From: a virus
IMG/VR virus record: IMGVR_UViG_3300022213_000002
Strand: one strand, 5' to 3'
Length of the DNA stretch: 34,653 bases
How positions within the stretch are numbered: position 1 is the stretch's first letter; every line of letters begins with the position of its first letter. Below the pieces are notes generated by a model, which saw only the letters and a program-made list of their open reading frames with translations, was not told the origin of the DNA and ran no database searches. The translations under genes were made by a program, and so were the position numbers. Shown piece by piece: positions 1-9,610 of this stretch.

Positions 1-127
1 CACCCCCCTGGTGGCACAGGCTTGGATCGCCACCATCCCCGGCTTCGATGCCGCGATGGTGGCCGGTGCCCTGCCGGCGGACAACAGCTCGTGGTCCGCG
101 AGCGGGTTCGTGGTGGCGTCGTCGACG
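1..127. repeat. Terminal direct repeat copy 1, identical to 34527-34653 (circular-contig overlap)
   Basis: Bases 1-127 match 34527-34653 letter for letter. One ORF reads in frame across the implied junction. Confidence 0.95.
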
Positions 128-436
128 GTCGGGGGCCTGGTCGACATCGACACCGGGGCGCGTCAGCCGGTCGTGCAGATCTCGTGCTGGTCCTGTAGCC
201 CCGGAGGTGGCCGACCGCCGCTCGGCCTGGCGTACGCCCTCGCGGAGGCCATCGTGGATGCCTGCCGGGACGACGCGCTCACCGCGTGCCGCGCCTTGAC
301 GCTCCCGGGCGCCTGCGGCCAGGCCAGAGTGTTGACCGCTTACCCCGTGGGGCCGCCACCGCGCCGCATACCCGCTGATCCGGCCAGCTATGCGCACATT
401 GTCTTCGATGTCGCGTTCCATTGGATTCCGCTGTAA
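11..436 (+). CDS. 3' part of the same wrap-around gene (tail terminator-like by synteny, immediately upstream of the major tail gene)
   Basis: High GC3 ORF. It sits between an HK97 gp10-like gene and the major tail protein gene. The true start lies before the junction at 34507. Confidence 0.75.
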   Translation: MAQAWIATIPGFDAAMVAGALPADNSSWSASGFVVASSTVGGLVDIDTGARQPVVQISCWSCSPGGGRPPLGLAYALAEAIVDACRDDALTACRALTLPGACGQARVLTAYPVGPPPRRIPADPASYAHIVFDVAFHWIPL

Positions 437-447
437 GGGAGTGAATC

Positions 448-1020
448 ATGACCATGAGCCCAACGTCACTTGCGGCGGGACCCGCGCGGCTGTATGTGGG
501 CCTGTTCGGCGCGGTCGAGCCGCTGGCCGCGGCCATCAACGACGCCCCGGCCGCCTCCGCATGGGTGGAGGTGGGCCTGACCGTAGGTGGCACCACGCTG
601 ACCGTCGAGCGGACATACCTTGAGCTCAAGGCGGACCAGCTGGCCGATCGTCTCGGCAGCAAGCTGACCGGCCGGTCGATCACCGTGGGGACGCAGCTCG
701 CGGAGGTGACCCTCGACAACTACGCCGCCGCACAGGGGTCGGGTGTCGTGACCGACGGGTCCGGCTATGAGACGTTCGAGCCGACCGACGGAGACGTCAC
801 CCCGGACGGCGACGACGCCGCCCCGACGTACGTCGCGCTCCTGCTGGATTCCGTCGGGCCCAACGGCAAGCGGCGACGGGCCGTCGTCCGGAAGGTCCTG
901 GCGACGGCGTCGGTCGGGCTGGCCATGACGATGGACGCGCAGCAGGTCTTCCCGGTCACATGGACCGCGCACTACGTCAGTTCGGCCATCTTCCCCTACC
1001 AGGTGTGGCAGGCGGTCTGA
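448..1020 (+). CDS. Major tail (tube) protein
   Basis: 190-aa ORF with RBS GGGAG upstream. It lies directly upstream of the chaperone pair and tape measure gene. Composition is typical of siphovirus tube proteins. Confidence 0.8.
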   Translation: MTMSPTSLAAGPARLYVGLFGAVEPLAAAINDAPAASAWVEVGLTVGGTTLTVERTYLELKADQLADRLGSKLTGRSITVGTQLAEVTLDNYAAAQGSGVVTDGSGYETFEPTDGDVTPDGDDAAPTYVALLLDSVGPNGKRRRAVVRKVLATASVGLAMTMDAQQVFPVTWTAHYVSSAIFPYQVWQAV

Positions 1021-1022
1021 TC

Positions 1023-1391
1023 ATGGCGGAATCGGAGGGGGGCCGCCCGGCGCCGTTCGCGCCGGTGGTCATCGATCCCGCGGCAGCGCCGGAGGAGCCC
1101 GAGACATTCGAGGTGTTCCGGATCGGCGACCGGAGCTTCCGGGCACCGGTGCGGACCACGGCCAGGATGGCCCTGCGTGCCATGGTGGCCGGGGAAACCA
1201 CGGGGGTGTCCGGCGTGGGGCATTACCTGGTACAGGACGCTCTCGGGGATGAGGCCATGCGCGCCCTGGCCGAATGCCCGGGGGTGACTAGCGACCAGAT
1301 CAGGGAGATCATCGGCAACCTCGGACGGCTGTACCTCGGCCAGGTCGAGGGGGAGGTTCTGGGAAACTCGGACGGCGACTCGCCCAGATAG
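1023..1391 (+). CDS. Tail assembly chaperone (G-like, zero-frame product)
   Basis: ATG at 1023, 3 nt after the major tail stop. Its position before the tape measure gene and the slippery heptamer near its 3' end fit a G-like chaperone. Confidence 0.8.
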   Translation: MAESEGGRPAPFAPVVIDPAAAPEEPETFEVFRIGDRSFRAPVRTTARMALRAMVAGETTGVSGVGHYLVQDALGDEAMRALAECPGVTSDQIREIIGNLGRLYLGQVEGEVLGNSDGDSPR

Positions 1392-1690
1392 GTTGGGTCG
1401 CCCATCACCTTGATGATCTTGACGTCGACTTCCTTCGATTCCTCCACATCGATGGGATCGGGGATGGCGACTTCGGGGCGATGTCCGGTCCGCGCTTCCT
1501 GGCAAGGGCGTGGCGCATGATCGACGCTGGTGGCGCCGTCACCACGGCGGCCCGCCGGCAGGCGGAAGCGGCGGAGGCGCACCAGCGGGCCGCGAGGGTG
1601 GCCCCGCCGGACATCTGCTCCCCGCAGGCGGCCGGTGTCCTGCACGACGAGTGGGGGGCCACGGGGGCTGTGACGTACGTGCAGGCCTGA
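1023..1690 (+). CDS. Tail assembly chaperone -1 frameshift fusion (GT-like product), shift at 1361-1367
   Basis: The -1 frame is open from the heptamer G_GGA_AAC to TGA at 1688-1690 and has high GC3. It ends 18 nt before the tape measure ATG. Confidence 0.7.
1361..1367 (+). promoter_or_regulatory. Programmed -1 ribosomal frameshift slippery heptamer GGGAAAC
   Basis: X_XXY_YYZ pattern (G GGA AAC) in the zero frame of the chaperone gene, 8 codons before its stop. Confidence 0.7.
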
Positions 1691-1708
1691 CGGAAGGGGG
1701 GTGCGGGA

Positions 1709-3829
1709 ATGGCCGATGGTTTCAAGATCGGCGATGGCTACGTTCAGCTCAGACACAGCCTTGACCGGGCTGCGGTCAAGGCTGATGTCGACCGTGTGCT
1801 GGACTCGATCAACGGAAAGATCGGCATCGACGGCCGGTTCAGCCGAGCACAGATCAACCGTGCCCTCCAGGGTGCGCTTGGCGCGGGGGCGCCCGCCCTG
1901 CACCCCCGCGCCGAACTCGACGGCCGGTTCAGTCGGGCACAGGTGGCTCGCGCACTCAAAGAGGCCATGGGGGGGCGCCCCCCCGAGGTGAAGGTCGACG
2001 CCAACTTCAGGACCGCGCAGATCTACGAATCATTCCAGCACGCCACGAACCTCCCGATCTGGCGAATTGACGCCAGGGCGGATGTCGACTTCGGAGGCGT
2101 GTCCCGGGTGCGGAAGATCGCACAGGAGGAGGTGGTCGGGCCGCTGGCGCAGGCGCTTGGCGATCTGGGCGCCATCGCGCCGGAGGTCCGGACGCTCTTC
2201 GTCGGACTCGGCGCCGCCGCGGTCGCCCTGCTGACTCCCGCGATCGGGGCTGCGGTCAGCGGCGGCGTGACGGCCGGCGGGGTGATCGGTGTGGCCGCAC
2301 TCGGCGCGATGTTGCTCAAGGATAACGACCAGGTCAAGGAAGCCGCAGAAGCGCTGAGCAGGACCTGGCTCAGTAACCTCAAGGCTGCGGCCGGCCCGAT
2401 GATCCGACCCCTGAAGGACGCGCTGAAGGACGTTCAGGACGACGCGGACGTCATCGGCCCGAAACTACAAACCTCATTTTCGATCGTGGCGCAGTACATC
2501 GCCCCCCTCGCGAAAGGGCTACGCGGGGCGGTCGCAGAGTTCATCGGTCCGTTCAACGCCGGACTCAAACAAGCAAAGCCAGTCATCGATATGCTCAGTG
2601 ACGAGCTTCCAGAGGTCGGCAGGGCGATCGGCCAGACGTTTCAGATCCTCGCCTCGCACTCCGGCCAGGGGGCGGCCGCGCTCAAGCTCTTCCTGCGCAT
2701 ATTCGAAAACGGACTCAAGACCATAGCAACCGGCCTCGGCCTGCTGGGCGACCTGTTCCAGTACATGCTGGAGCAGGAGCTGCGCTGGCTGAACCTGTTC
2801 GCGAAGCTGCCCGGCAAGGTGGGTGACGCGTTCGAAGCGGAGGCGGATCGCGTTCGCAGGGTCCTCTATGACATGGACCACGCCGGGAGTGCGTTCGCGA
2901 GCACGGGCGACGCCATCAAGAGTCTGGGCAAGGCGTCCAGCGACGCTGCGAGCAAGGTTGACGAGCTCAAAAACGCGTTCGACAGCTTGTTTGGCATCGT
3001 CAAGGGTGTCGATGAAGCGACCATCGGCTACCGGCAGGCCCTGGCCGACATGAAGGAAGCGCTCGCCCAGGGTAAGCGCGGATTCGACGACGCCACGCAG
3101 GCGGGCAGGGACCACCACAACGCCCTCCTGGCCGCCGTCGAGGCGGCTCGGGCCATGTATGACGCCAACGTCGCGTCGGGCATGGGGTCCGACGAGGCCT
3201 CGGCTGCCTACCGTCGCCAGGTCGCCGAGCTCGCGGATGTGCTCCGCGCCATGGGGTATACCGAGGCCGAGATTCAGCGGCTGATCGGCAAATATTACGA
3301 GATCCCGACCAGGGCCGGAACGGTGGTCGTGGTGGAGGGAATCGAACCCGCGGTCCGCCAGATCGAGGGTATGGCGCGAGCGCTGAACAACTTGCACGAC
3401 AAGACCGTGTACGTGACCACCGTCGAGCAGGCCGTTGGCCAGGCCCCGAAGCGGAAGGCCATGGGCGGACTCGTCCGGGCCGCGGCCGGTCGCTTCCTTG
3501 ACGCGAAGGTCGGTGGCACGACGGTGCTCGCGGGTGAGAGCGGCACGGGGGGCGAGTACCTGATTCCCCTGCGGGGAATCTCGGCCGGCCGTGCCCGTTC
3601 CATGGCTGAGGATGTCGGACGCAACTATGGGTTCAGCACCGTGTCCACGGCGGGTACGGATGGCGCCACCGCGGCCGGACCGGTCGAGCTCACCGCGACC
3701 ATCATCATTGGCCAGGAGGTGATCCGGCGGGTGGTGCGTGCCGAGCTCGGTGCCGCCGCACCTCTGGTCGCCACACAGAATGTCGCGGGTGTCCAGCGCC
3801 GGCGGTACCTGAGCTCGGCCAGGGGGTAG
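1709..3829 (+). CDS. Tape measure protein
   Basis: 706-aa ORF after the chaperone pair. It has a Gly/Ala-rich hydrophobic segment and long helical A/L/E/K-rich stretches. Confidence 0.9.
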   Translation: MADGFKIGDGYVQLRHSLDRAAVKADVDRVLDSINGKIGIDGRFSRAQINRALQGALGAGAPALHPRAELDGRFSRAQVARALKEAMGGRPPEVKVDANFRTAQIYESFQHATNLPIWRIDARADVDFGGVSRVRKIAQEEVVGPLAQALGDLGAIAPEVRTLFVGLGAAAVALLTPAIGAAVSGGVTAGGVIGVAALGAMLLKDNDQVKEAAEALSRTWLSNLKAAAGPMIRPLKDALKDVQDDADVIGPKLQTSFSIVAQYIAPLAKGLRGAVAEFIGPFNAGLKQAKPVIDMLSDELPEVGRAIGQTFQILASHSGQGAAALKLFLRIFENGLKTIATGLGLLGDLFQYMLEQELRWLNLFAKLPGKVGDAFEAEADRVRRVLYDMDHAGSAFASTGDAIKSLGKASSDAASKVDELKNAFDSLFGIVKGVDEATIGYRQALADMKEALAQGKRGFDDATQAGRDHHNALLAAVEAARAMYDANVASGMGSDEASAAYRRQVAELADVLRAMGYTEAEIQRLIGKYYEIPTRAGTVVVVEGIEPAVRQIEGMARALNNLHDKTVYVTTVEQAVGQAPKRKAMGGLVRAAAGRFLDAKVGGTTVLAGESGTGGEYLIPLRGISAGRARSMAEDVGRNYGFSTVSTAGTDGATAAGPVELTATIIIGQEVIRRVVRAELGAAAPLVATQNVAGVQRRRYLSSARG

Positions 3830-3831
3830 GC

Positions 3832-4728
3832 ATGGATTGGATCTACTTCGGGACGCCGGGCGACCTGTCCAGGCTGGCGCGCCCCCGGGACGGCATTGAC
3901 TCTCCGCGCGACCAGCGCACCAGCGCGGTGACGCTGGCGGGGGGTGGGGCCGTGGTGCACGCGCTTCGGGGCGGCCTGCGCACCTACACGCTCCGGTGGA
4001 GCAGTCTGGAGGACACCCACGGGACCACCCTGGCCGTCCTTGAGGAGTACGCCTATGGGCTACGGGGGTCGGGGCCATTCGCACTCCTGGACCCCGGCAG
4101 GCTGAACCTGTTGACTACCAATCAGTCGTCAGGCACTGGCGCACTGGCCGATACCACGGGATTCACGGCCAGTGCGGGCACCCTGGCCAGCTCGACGGCC
4201 GTGGCCCGACGTGGTACCCGGTCGTTGCTCTGGACGCTGGCGGCCGGCACCACGGCCACGCTGGCGCTCGATGCCGCGGCATCGTGGTGGCCCGGAACCC
4301 CCGCGATGGAGGGGGTGTCCTACGCCCTGTCCCTGCAGGCGCTGGGCGGCGGGACCGACCTGGTCGTCGAGCTGACCGCCCAGCTGCAGTGGCTGGACGC
4401 GGCCGGCGTCACGCTGAGCACGTCCAGCGGCACGCCGGTGTCGACCAGCGGGGACTGGACGGCCGTCTCGGCGGTCGCCGTCGCGCCGGCTGGCGCGGTC
4501 TACCTGCTGCCGCTGCTGGCGGTTACGGGTGCCACGGTGGGCGCCGGTGCCACGGTGGCGCTCGATGAGCTGCAGTTGGAGTCGGGGGGCGTGGCGTCGG
4601 GCTGGCGGCCGGGGACCGGGGTGTACCCCGTGGCCATCGTGGGCGGCATGGACGAGTCGCAGCCCTGGGCCGATCCCGGGTACCGCGAGGGCGTCACGCT
4701 GATCCTTCAGGAGGTGGGGTCGCAGTGA
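3832..4728 (+). CDS. Minor tail protein (distal tail protein-like by position)
   Basis: 298-aa ORF starting 3 nt after the tape measure stop. Confidence 0.75.
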   Translation: MDWIYFGTPGDLSRLARPRDGIDSPRDQRTSAVTLAGGGAVVHALRGGLRTYTLRWSSLEDTHGTTLAVLEEYAYGLRGSGPFALLDPGRLNLLTTNQSSGTGALADTTGFTASAGTLASSTAVARRGTRSLLWTLAAGTTATLALDAAASWWPGTPAMEGVSYALSLQALGGGTDLVVELTAQLQWLDAAGVTLSTSSGTPVSTSGDWTAVSAVAVAPAGAVYLLPLLAVTGATVGAGATVALDELQLESGGVASGWRPGTGVYPVAIVGGMDESQPWADPGYREGVTLILQEVGSQ

Positions 4729-7238
4729 TCGGGGCGACCGACGAGTTCGGCACCGCGCTGGGCGGCGGCGTGGTGCAGTGGGTGAATCCGATCCTGACCG
4801 CGGACTGGGCTAACGATGGCGTCCCGCCCAGCGGCGGCATTGACGACCTCACGCCGTACGTCGCGGAGGCCTGGGAGCTCGCGGTGGGGCTCGACGACGG
4901 CCTGCCGTCCGAGGTCACCGCACCGAACCAGCTCGGCCCCGCCGAGCTGGCCGTAACCCTCGCGGGTGCCCCGGAGTGGGGCACGCCGGCCGGCCGCTAC
5001 TTCGGGGCCGGTTACGCCAGCTCCCCCCTGGCCGGTTACGCGCGGGACGTGGCCCCGGTCGAATTCAGCGCGGGCGTGCGCACCGCGGCGGGGCCGGAAC
5101 GTCTGGCCGTGTTCAGCGGCACGATGGCCGGCGTCGACGGGGTCGACACGGCGACCCTACATGCCGTGTCGACGGCCCGGGGGAAGCTGGCGGCGCCGGT
5201 CGCGGTTCCGGTCGTGGCCGCCAAGTTGCAGGGGTACCTGTATGGCCTATGGGCCACCTGGCCGATCTCGTATCTGCTGCACCAGTGCGGGGTGTACCCG
5301 TCCCCTCCCGCGCGCGCCGGTTGTATCCTGCACATCCCGTTCCATGGCTCGCTGGTGCCATTCGCCCCGGTCCGGTCGACCGCTGGCGGCCAGCCACCTG
5401 CGTGGGTCTACCGGACCCGGGGCAGTGTGCCGAGCTACACGGTGGCGTCGGAACCCCGCTTCGTCCGTGGTCCGTGGGTGTCGGCGGTCAGCCTGCGCTC
5501 GACCACTGACGAACTCCTGCGGCTGTACATGGTGTCGCTGCACAATTCGAGCACGTTGCAGCTCATGAGCCAGTCCGCGTCGGCGGGCCGGGTCGAATTC
5601 TGGGTCAGGGGGGACGTGGTTGACGCGCCGATCTCCAGCGTGGGCGCACTCGACTACGCCGGTGCGTCAACCACGTTCGGGACGGCCCTGACCGAATTCC
5701 GGTACCGGTGCGACAGTACGGCCAGCGCCATCGTCACGGTGACCGCCAACCGCCACATGGAGGTCGTCCTCGATGACGGGGGCGGCCACACGCTCACCGT
5801 GACGTCGACCGACACCATCCCGGAGGACGGGGGCTGGTACTTCGTCGGGGCCGCCTGGTCGTTCTCCGGCAAGAAGGCGTGGGTCCACCTGGACGGGACG
5901 ACGGACAGCGACACGGACGCGTCGCTGTCGACGGCCGTGCTGTCCGCGACGTACGACGATCTGTCGACCACCATGCCGTCGCTCGCGTCCGTGCTCCCCC
6001 TGGCCGATTTCCAGGTGGGGAACACGAATCCCGATACCGATCCGTGGCTGAGTTCGTACGTGTGGGACCGGGGCGCGGACCTGTATCCGTCCACTCTCGA
6101 CTTGGCCCTGCTCAGCGACGTCGACCCGACCGAGGCATGGTCAGCGATCGCGGACTACCAGCAGGCGGAGACGGCATACGCGGGAATCCTCGCGTCGGGC
6201 ATGTACGTGTACCGCCCCCGCGGGTACTACGCCACCCCATCGGCGATGGCCGCGAACGTGGAGATGTCGTCGGAAACGGACATTATCGACATCGTCGGAT
6301 CGGTTGATCCATCGAAGATTCTCAACAGCATCACCGTGCAGTACACATCAAGATCCGTGAGCGTGGTCAGTTCGACCATCGCCGAGTATGCGGAGTCGCT
6401 GACCGTCGCGGGCGGCGCGACGGTCGACCTGGTCGTGTCCGGCAGCGAAAAGATCGTCTTCGCCAACGTCGGCACGGTCGCCAAGGTCGACAACAGCTCG
6501 GCCAGCCAGCCAGCGGCCCCGTACATCACCCTGTGCACCACCAGTGACGGGGCAGGTGCGTACGTCACGGACTCCTCCGTGACGGTGACGGTGACCAGCT
6601 ATTCGACGACGGCGGTGTTCGTCCGCATCGTCAACACCACACTGACCCCGCTCTATCTGACCAACGACAAGGGATGGTCTGCGTTGGCCCTGGCTGGATA
6701 CGCCGCAGTGAGCTCGTCGGCATCGACGACGGTGTCGGACCCGACGTCGGTGGCGGATCGCGGTCTGCGGTCCCTGTCCGTGAGTCTCAACGCGCCACAG
6801 ACCGAGCGGGCGGCCACCATGGCGGCCACGTGGATTCTGGACTTCCTGTGCAGGCCGCGGGTGTCGTTGCCGACCCTGACCGCCACGTGGGACCCCAGGG
6901 TCGAGCCTGGCGACCTGGCGCACATTGTTGACCCCGTGGTGACGGGGGTGGATGGCAACTGGCGCGTGCTCGGGTTACGGGTCACAGCCGATGGCGCACT
7001 GCATACCGTGGCCGTGACCACCGAGCCTCTGATCGGGGAGCTGGGCGTCGTGGTCCCGGATGCCGCCGCGGAGGGGGCGTATCCGGGCGGCGCGATCGTC
7101 GATCAGACCATCGTCGCCGCAGACGAGCAGGTGCTGACTCCCCGCGGCGCCATCGGGAAGGTGGTGCCGGACGGCGTGCCCGAGGGGTCCTACCCGGGCG
7201 GGGCCATTGTCGACTACACGGTTGTCGCGTCGGGTTGA
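4725..7238 (+). CDS. Minor tail protein (large tail-tip / receptor-binding candidate)
   Basis: 837-aa ORF whose GTG overlaps the upstream stop (GTGA). It has S/T-rich beta-type segments and a duplicated C-terminal motif VVPDxxxEGxYPGGAIVDxTxVA. Confidence 0.85.
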   Translation: MIGATDEFGTALGGGVVQWVNPILTADWANDGVPPSGGIDDLTPYVAEAWELAVGLDDGLPSEVTAPNQLGPAELAVTLAGAPEWGTPAGRYFGAGYASSPLAGYARDVAPVEFSAGVRTAAGPERLAVFSGTMAGVDGVDTATLHAVSTARGKLAAPVAVPVVAAKLQGYLYGLWATWPISYLLHQCGVYPSPPARAGCILHIPFHGSLVPFAPVRSTAGGQPPAWVYRTRGSVPSYTVASEPRFVRGPWVSAVSLRSTTDELLRLYMVSLHNSSTLQLMSQSASAGRVEFWVRGDVVDAPISSVGALDYAGASTTFGTALTEFRYRCDSTASAIVTVTANRHMEVVLDDGGGHTLTVTSTDTIPEDGGWYFVGAAWSFSGKKAWVHLDGTTDSDTDASLSTAVLSATYDDLSTTMPSLASVLPLADFQVGNTNPDTDPWLSSYVWDRGADLYPSTLDLALLSDVDPTEAWSAIADYQQAETAYAGILASGMYVYRPRGYYATPSAMAANVEMSSETDIIDIVGSVDPSKILNSITVQYTSRSVSVVSSTIAEYAESLTVAGGATVDLVVSGSEKIVFANVGTVAKVDNSSASQPAAPYITLCTTSDGAGAYVTDSSVTVTVTSYSTTAVFVRIVNTTLTPLYLTNDKGWSALALAGYAAVSSSASTTVSDPTSVADRGLRSLSVSLNAPQTERAATMAATWILDFLCRPRVSLPTLTATWDPRVEPGDLAHIVDPVVTGVDGNWRVLGLRVTADGALHTVAVTTEPLIGELGVVVPDAAAEGAYPGGAIVDQTIVAADEQVLTPRGAIGKVVPDGVPEGSYPGGAIVDYTVVASG

Positions 7239-7256
7239 CGCGGAAAGGATCATGAG

Positions 7257-7808
7257 ATGACCATCGTCGCGCCAGCCGCGGACCAGTACATTCGCGAGTC
7301 GTGGATCGACGCCATCACGGACGCGGTCAATGGCTACGGGGACCTTCAGCCGTACTACATTCCTACGTGGCGATACCGGACCACCGCGCAGACCGTCACC
7401 AACAGCACGACGCTGGTGGACGATGACGCGTTGTTCGTGACTGGCCTGCCGGCCGGAAGCGTATGGGATGTCCAGTGCCTGATTCGTTACCTTGGATACA
7501 CCTCCAACGACTTCAAGATCGGGTGGAGCGCTCCGGCCGGCTCGACCTTCCTATGGGAGATGAGGGGGGCTGAGTCGGGGGCGACGTCCGGGACCGCTCA
7601 GGGGTACTGGGGAGTCAACACGTTGGCGGGCACGGACACAGCCGGGGCCGTCACGGCCAGTGAGCTACACTGCGCTCCGTCCGGCCTGCTCACCGTCGGG
7701 GGCACCGCGGGCACCTTCCAGTTCCGCTTCGCGCAGGGCACGGCCGGGGCCGCCACCGATGCCAAGTGTCAGCCCGGATCGCGGATGCGACTGCTGCGGG
7801 TGGCGTAG
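7257..7808 (+). CDS. Minor tail / hypothetical structural protein
   Basis: 183-aa ORF with RBS AAAGGA, lying between the tail genes and the lysis genes. Confidence 0.7.
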   Translation: MTIVAPAADQYIRESWIDAITDAVNGYGDLQPYYIPTWRYRTTAQTVTNSTTLVDDDALFVTGLPAGSVWDVQCLIRYLGYTSNDFKIGWSAPAGSTFLWEMRGAESGATSGTAQGYWGVNTLAGTDTAGAVTASELHCAPSGLLTVGGTAGTFQFRFAQGTAGAATDAKCQPGSRMRLLRVA

Positions 7809-7856
7809 CGTCACCGGCCGGAGGAAGATTCAGGCGAGGGAATGGAGGGGGAGGCC

Positions 7857-8654
7857 ATGAGCCGCTGGACCGATCTCGCGACCTGGGTCGGGTCGCCCAA
7901 CCATGGCGGGGCCGCCGTCGAGCAGCGTGGCGTGGTGCTACACATCGCTGAGGGCGCCTATGCCGGCACGTTGGCCTGGTGCCAGAACCCGTCAAGTAAG
8001 GTGTCCGCACACTTCATAGCCGCCAAGGACGGCAGGGCTGCCCAGCTGGTCGACACCGACATTGCCGCGTGGACGCAGGTGGCCGGCAACGGTCGATGGC
8101 TATCGATCGAGTTCGAGGGTCACGCCGGCGACTCGCTGACACAACGGCAACTGGAATTCGCAGGCCGCGTGCTTGCCCGCGCGCATCAGCAGTACGGCGT
8201 GCCGTTGCAGCTGGTGGATAGCCCGACGGGCCGGGGTCTGGGCTGGCATGGCATGGGTGGCACGGCCTGGGGTGGTCACACCGGCTGCCCCGGGGCGCCG
8301 ATCGTGGCGCAACGCGGCCAGGTCATCGGCCTGGCCGAACAGATCATCGACGGAGGGACGATCATGCAGCTCACAGGACCGGACCCGTGGGGCGACGGTA
8401 GCCCCAACGAGCAGGCCGCAGAGCTCCGCAACGTCCATGCAGCCATCATGAGTGGCTACCAGGACGACAAGGCCAAGCCGGAGGGCGTCATCGCGCGTCT
8501 CGGGCGGATCGAGAGCGTGCTGACCGCGGCCGGCGGCAGCCCGGACATCGCTCCGGCCATGACGGCCCTGGCCGGACTAGAGTCCGCGCTGAACCGCATC
8601 GAGACCGCGCTGAAGGCGGCCGGCCAGGCGCAGGCGGGTCCCCTGCGGGGCTAG
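7857..8654 (+). CDS. Endolysin, N-acetylmuramoyl-L-alanine amidase (amidase_2/PGRP-like); alternative start at 7842
   Basis: Motifs VVLHIAEG, SAHF, WLSIEFEG and GGHTGCPG are typical of amidase_2 zinc amidases. GGAGG-rich RBS precedes 7857. Confidence 0.85.
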   Translation: MSRWTDLATWVGSPNHGGAAVEQRGVVLHIAEGAYAGTLAWCQNPSSKVSAHFIAAKDGRAAQLVDTDIAAWTQVAGNGRWLSIEFEGHAGDSLTQRQLEFAGRVLARAHQQYGVPLQLVDSPTGRGLGWHGMGGTAWGGHTGCPGAPIVAQRGQVIGLAEQIIDGGTIMQLTGPDPWGDGSPNEQAAELRNVHAAIMSGYQDDKAKPEGVIARLGRIESVLTAAGGSPDIAPAMTALAGLESALNRIETALKAAGQAQAGPLRG

Positions 8655-8708
8655 TGGCGGGCACCCCCCTCTGATCGGCCGTAAGATCGACCACAGGAGG
8701 GTGATCTA

Positions 8709-9056
8709 GTGAAGCACATTTCGGACTGGCTGGTGGCCGCCGCGGTGACCGCCGCCGCGGCGGCACTACTCGGGAGAATGGTCGTCAAGATGATCGTGTG
8801 GGGTAACCGGACGATGAAGCGGCTCAATCTCTTCCTGGGAGAGTGGCTGGGCGACAAGGACAGCGGCCAGCCCGGTTTTCCGGCACGCCTGGCCGCCGTC
8901 GAGCAGGGCGTCTCCAGCGTCGATCGGATCATCAGGGAACAGCTGCTCCACAACGGCGGGAGCAGCCTGGCCGACCAGATGACGCAGGTGCATCGCGCGG
9001 TGGGCGCCGACGCCGGCCCCGTGGTGCGCAACGGGGGCGCGGGAGGGACCACGTAG
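8709..9056 (+). CDS. Holin-like membrane protein (one N-terminal TM helix, C-terminal helical region)
   Basis: GTG start after RBS AGGAGGG. N-terminal hydrophobic segment WLVAAAVTAAAAALLG. It lies directly downstream of the endolysin. Confidence 0.65.
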   Translation: MKHISDWLVAAAVTAAAAALLGRMVVKMIVWGNRTMKRLNLFLGEWLGDKDSGQPGFPARLAAVEQGVSSVDRIIREQLLHNGGSSLADQMTQVHRAVGADAGPVVRNGGAGGTT

Positions 9057-9077
9057 GGAAGGTCCTGTTCGACATCG

Positions 9078-9116
9078 TTGGAGCGCCCCCACCCTGCACG
9101 GGTGGGGGCGCTCCAA
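9078..9116. terminator. Bidirectional intrinsic terminator hairpin (17-bp perfect stem, 5-nt loop)
   Basis: ttggagcgcccccaccc / tgcac / gggtgggggcgctccaa, between convergent genes ending at 9056 (+) and 9134 (-). Confidence 0.85.
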
Positions 9117-9133
9117 CGTGCAGGGCTGTGCGG

Positions 9134-9610
9134 TCATTCCCGGGTGGTGCGGTTGCCCCGGCGGTCACGGCGATCTGCCCCCAGCTCCGAATCCACCCGG
9201 TCCGCCGACCACATTGCAGGCGCGAAGCCCGGATTGGTGGGGAGGAGTGCGCGGCGCCTGGCCCAGGCGGCGGCGGATCCGAGCCTGGACCGCCGCAGCT
9301 CCGGATCGAGAAGCCCGTCCGGCCCGTACAGGAGCCTGGCCAGGACCGGCGTTGAATACTGGTCTGTGCGGGTGACGGTGGTGCTGCCGCCGCGCCAGAG
9401 GTGCTGCCAGGTGCTGGGCTCGCAGACGAGGCCGTAGTCAGCGAGGGTGTTGACGAGGCAGGATGCGGCGTTGCCGCCGGACGCTGCCGAGGTGCTGATG
9501 AGGTCCAGGCCGAGGTTGACGCGGGCCCGCTGCGTGTCGAGCTCCCGGAGCGTGTAGCCGTTGGGGTCCCATCCGGCGAGGGCGGAGCGGACCCGGTCGG
9601 TGATGTTCAT
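9134..9610 (-). CDS. Hypothetical protein, 158 aa (second gene of the insulated cassette)
   Basis: ATG at 9610 overlaps the upstream stop (ATGA). The R/P-rich N-terminal extension in the track (to 9889) overlaps the upstream gene in another frame and was rejected. No motif recognised. Confidence 0.7.
   Translation of the reverse strand: MNITDRVRSALAGWDPNGYTLRELDTQRARVNLGLDLISTSAASGGNAASCLVNTLADYGLVCEPSTWQHLWRGGSTTVTRTDQYSTPVLARLLYGPDGLLDPELRRSRLGSAAAWARRRALLPTNPGFAPAMWSADRVDSELGADRRDRRGNRTTRE

Noticed and set aside
1-127. 127-bp end repeat as a biological direct terminal repeat or cos region
   Set aside because: The length equals a standard assembler k-mer, and the repeat falls in the middle of a structural gene. 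It is treated as a circularisation overlap unless read-end data say otherwise.
2519-4084. 521-aa minus-strand ORF
   Set aside because: It is antisense to the tape measure gene and is a shadow ORF.
7038-7238. Tail-protein repeat pair as template and variable repeats of a diversity-generating retroelement
   Set aside because: There is no reverse transcriptase in the genome. The two copies differ at all base types rather than at adenines only, and both lie inside the same ORF.
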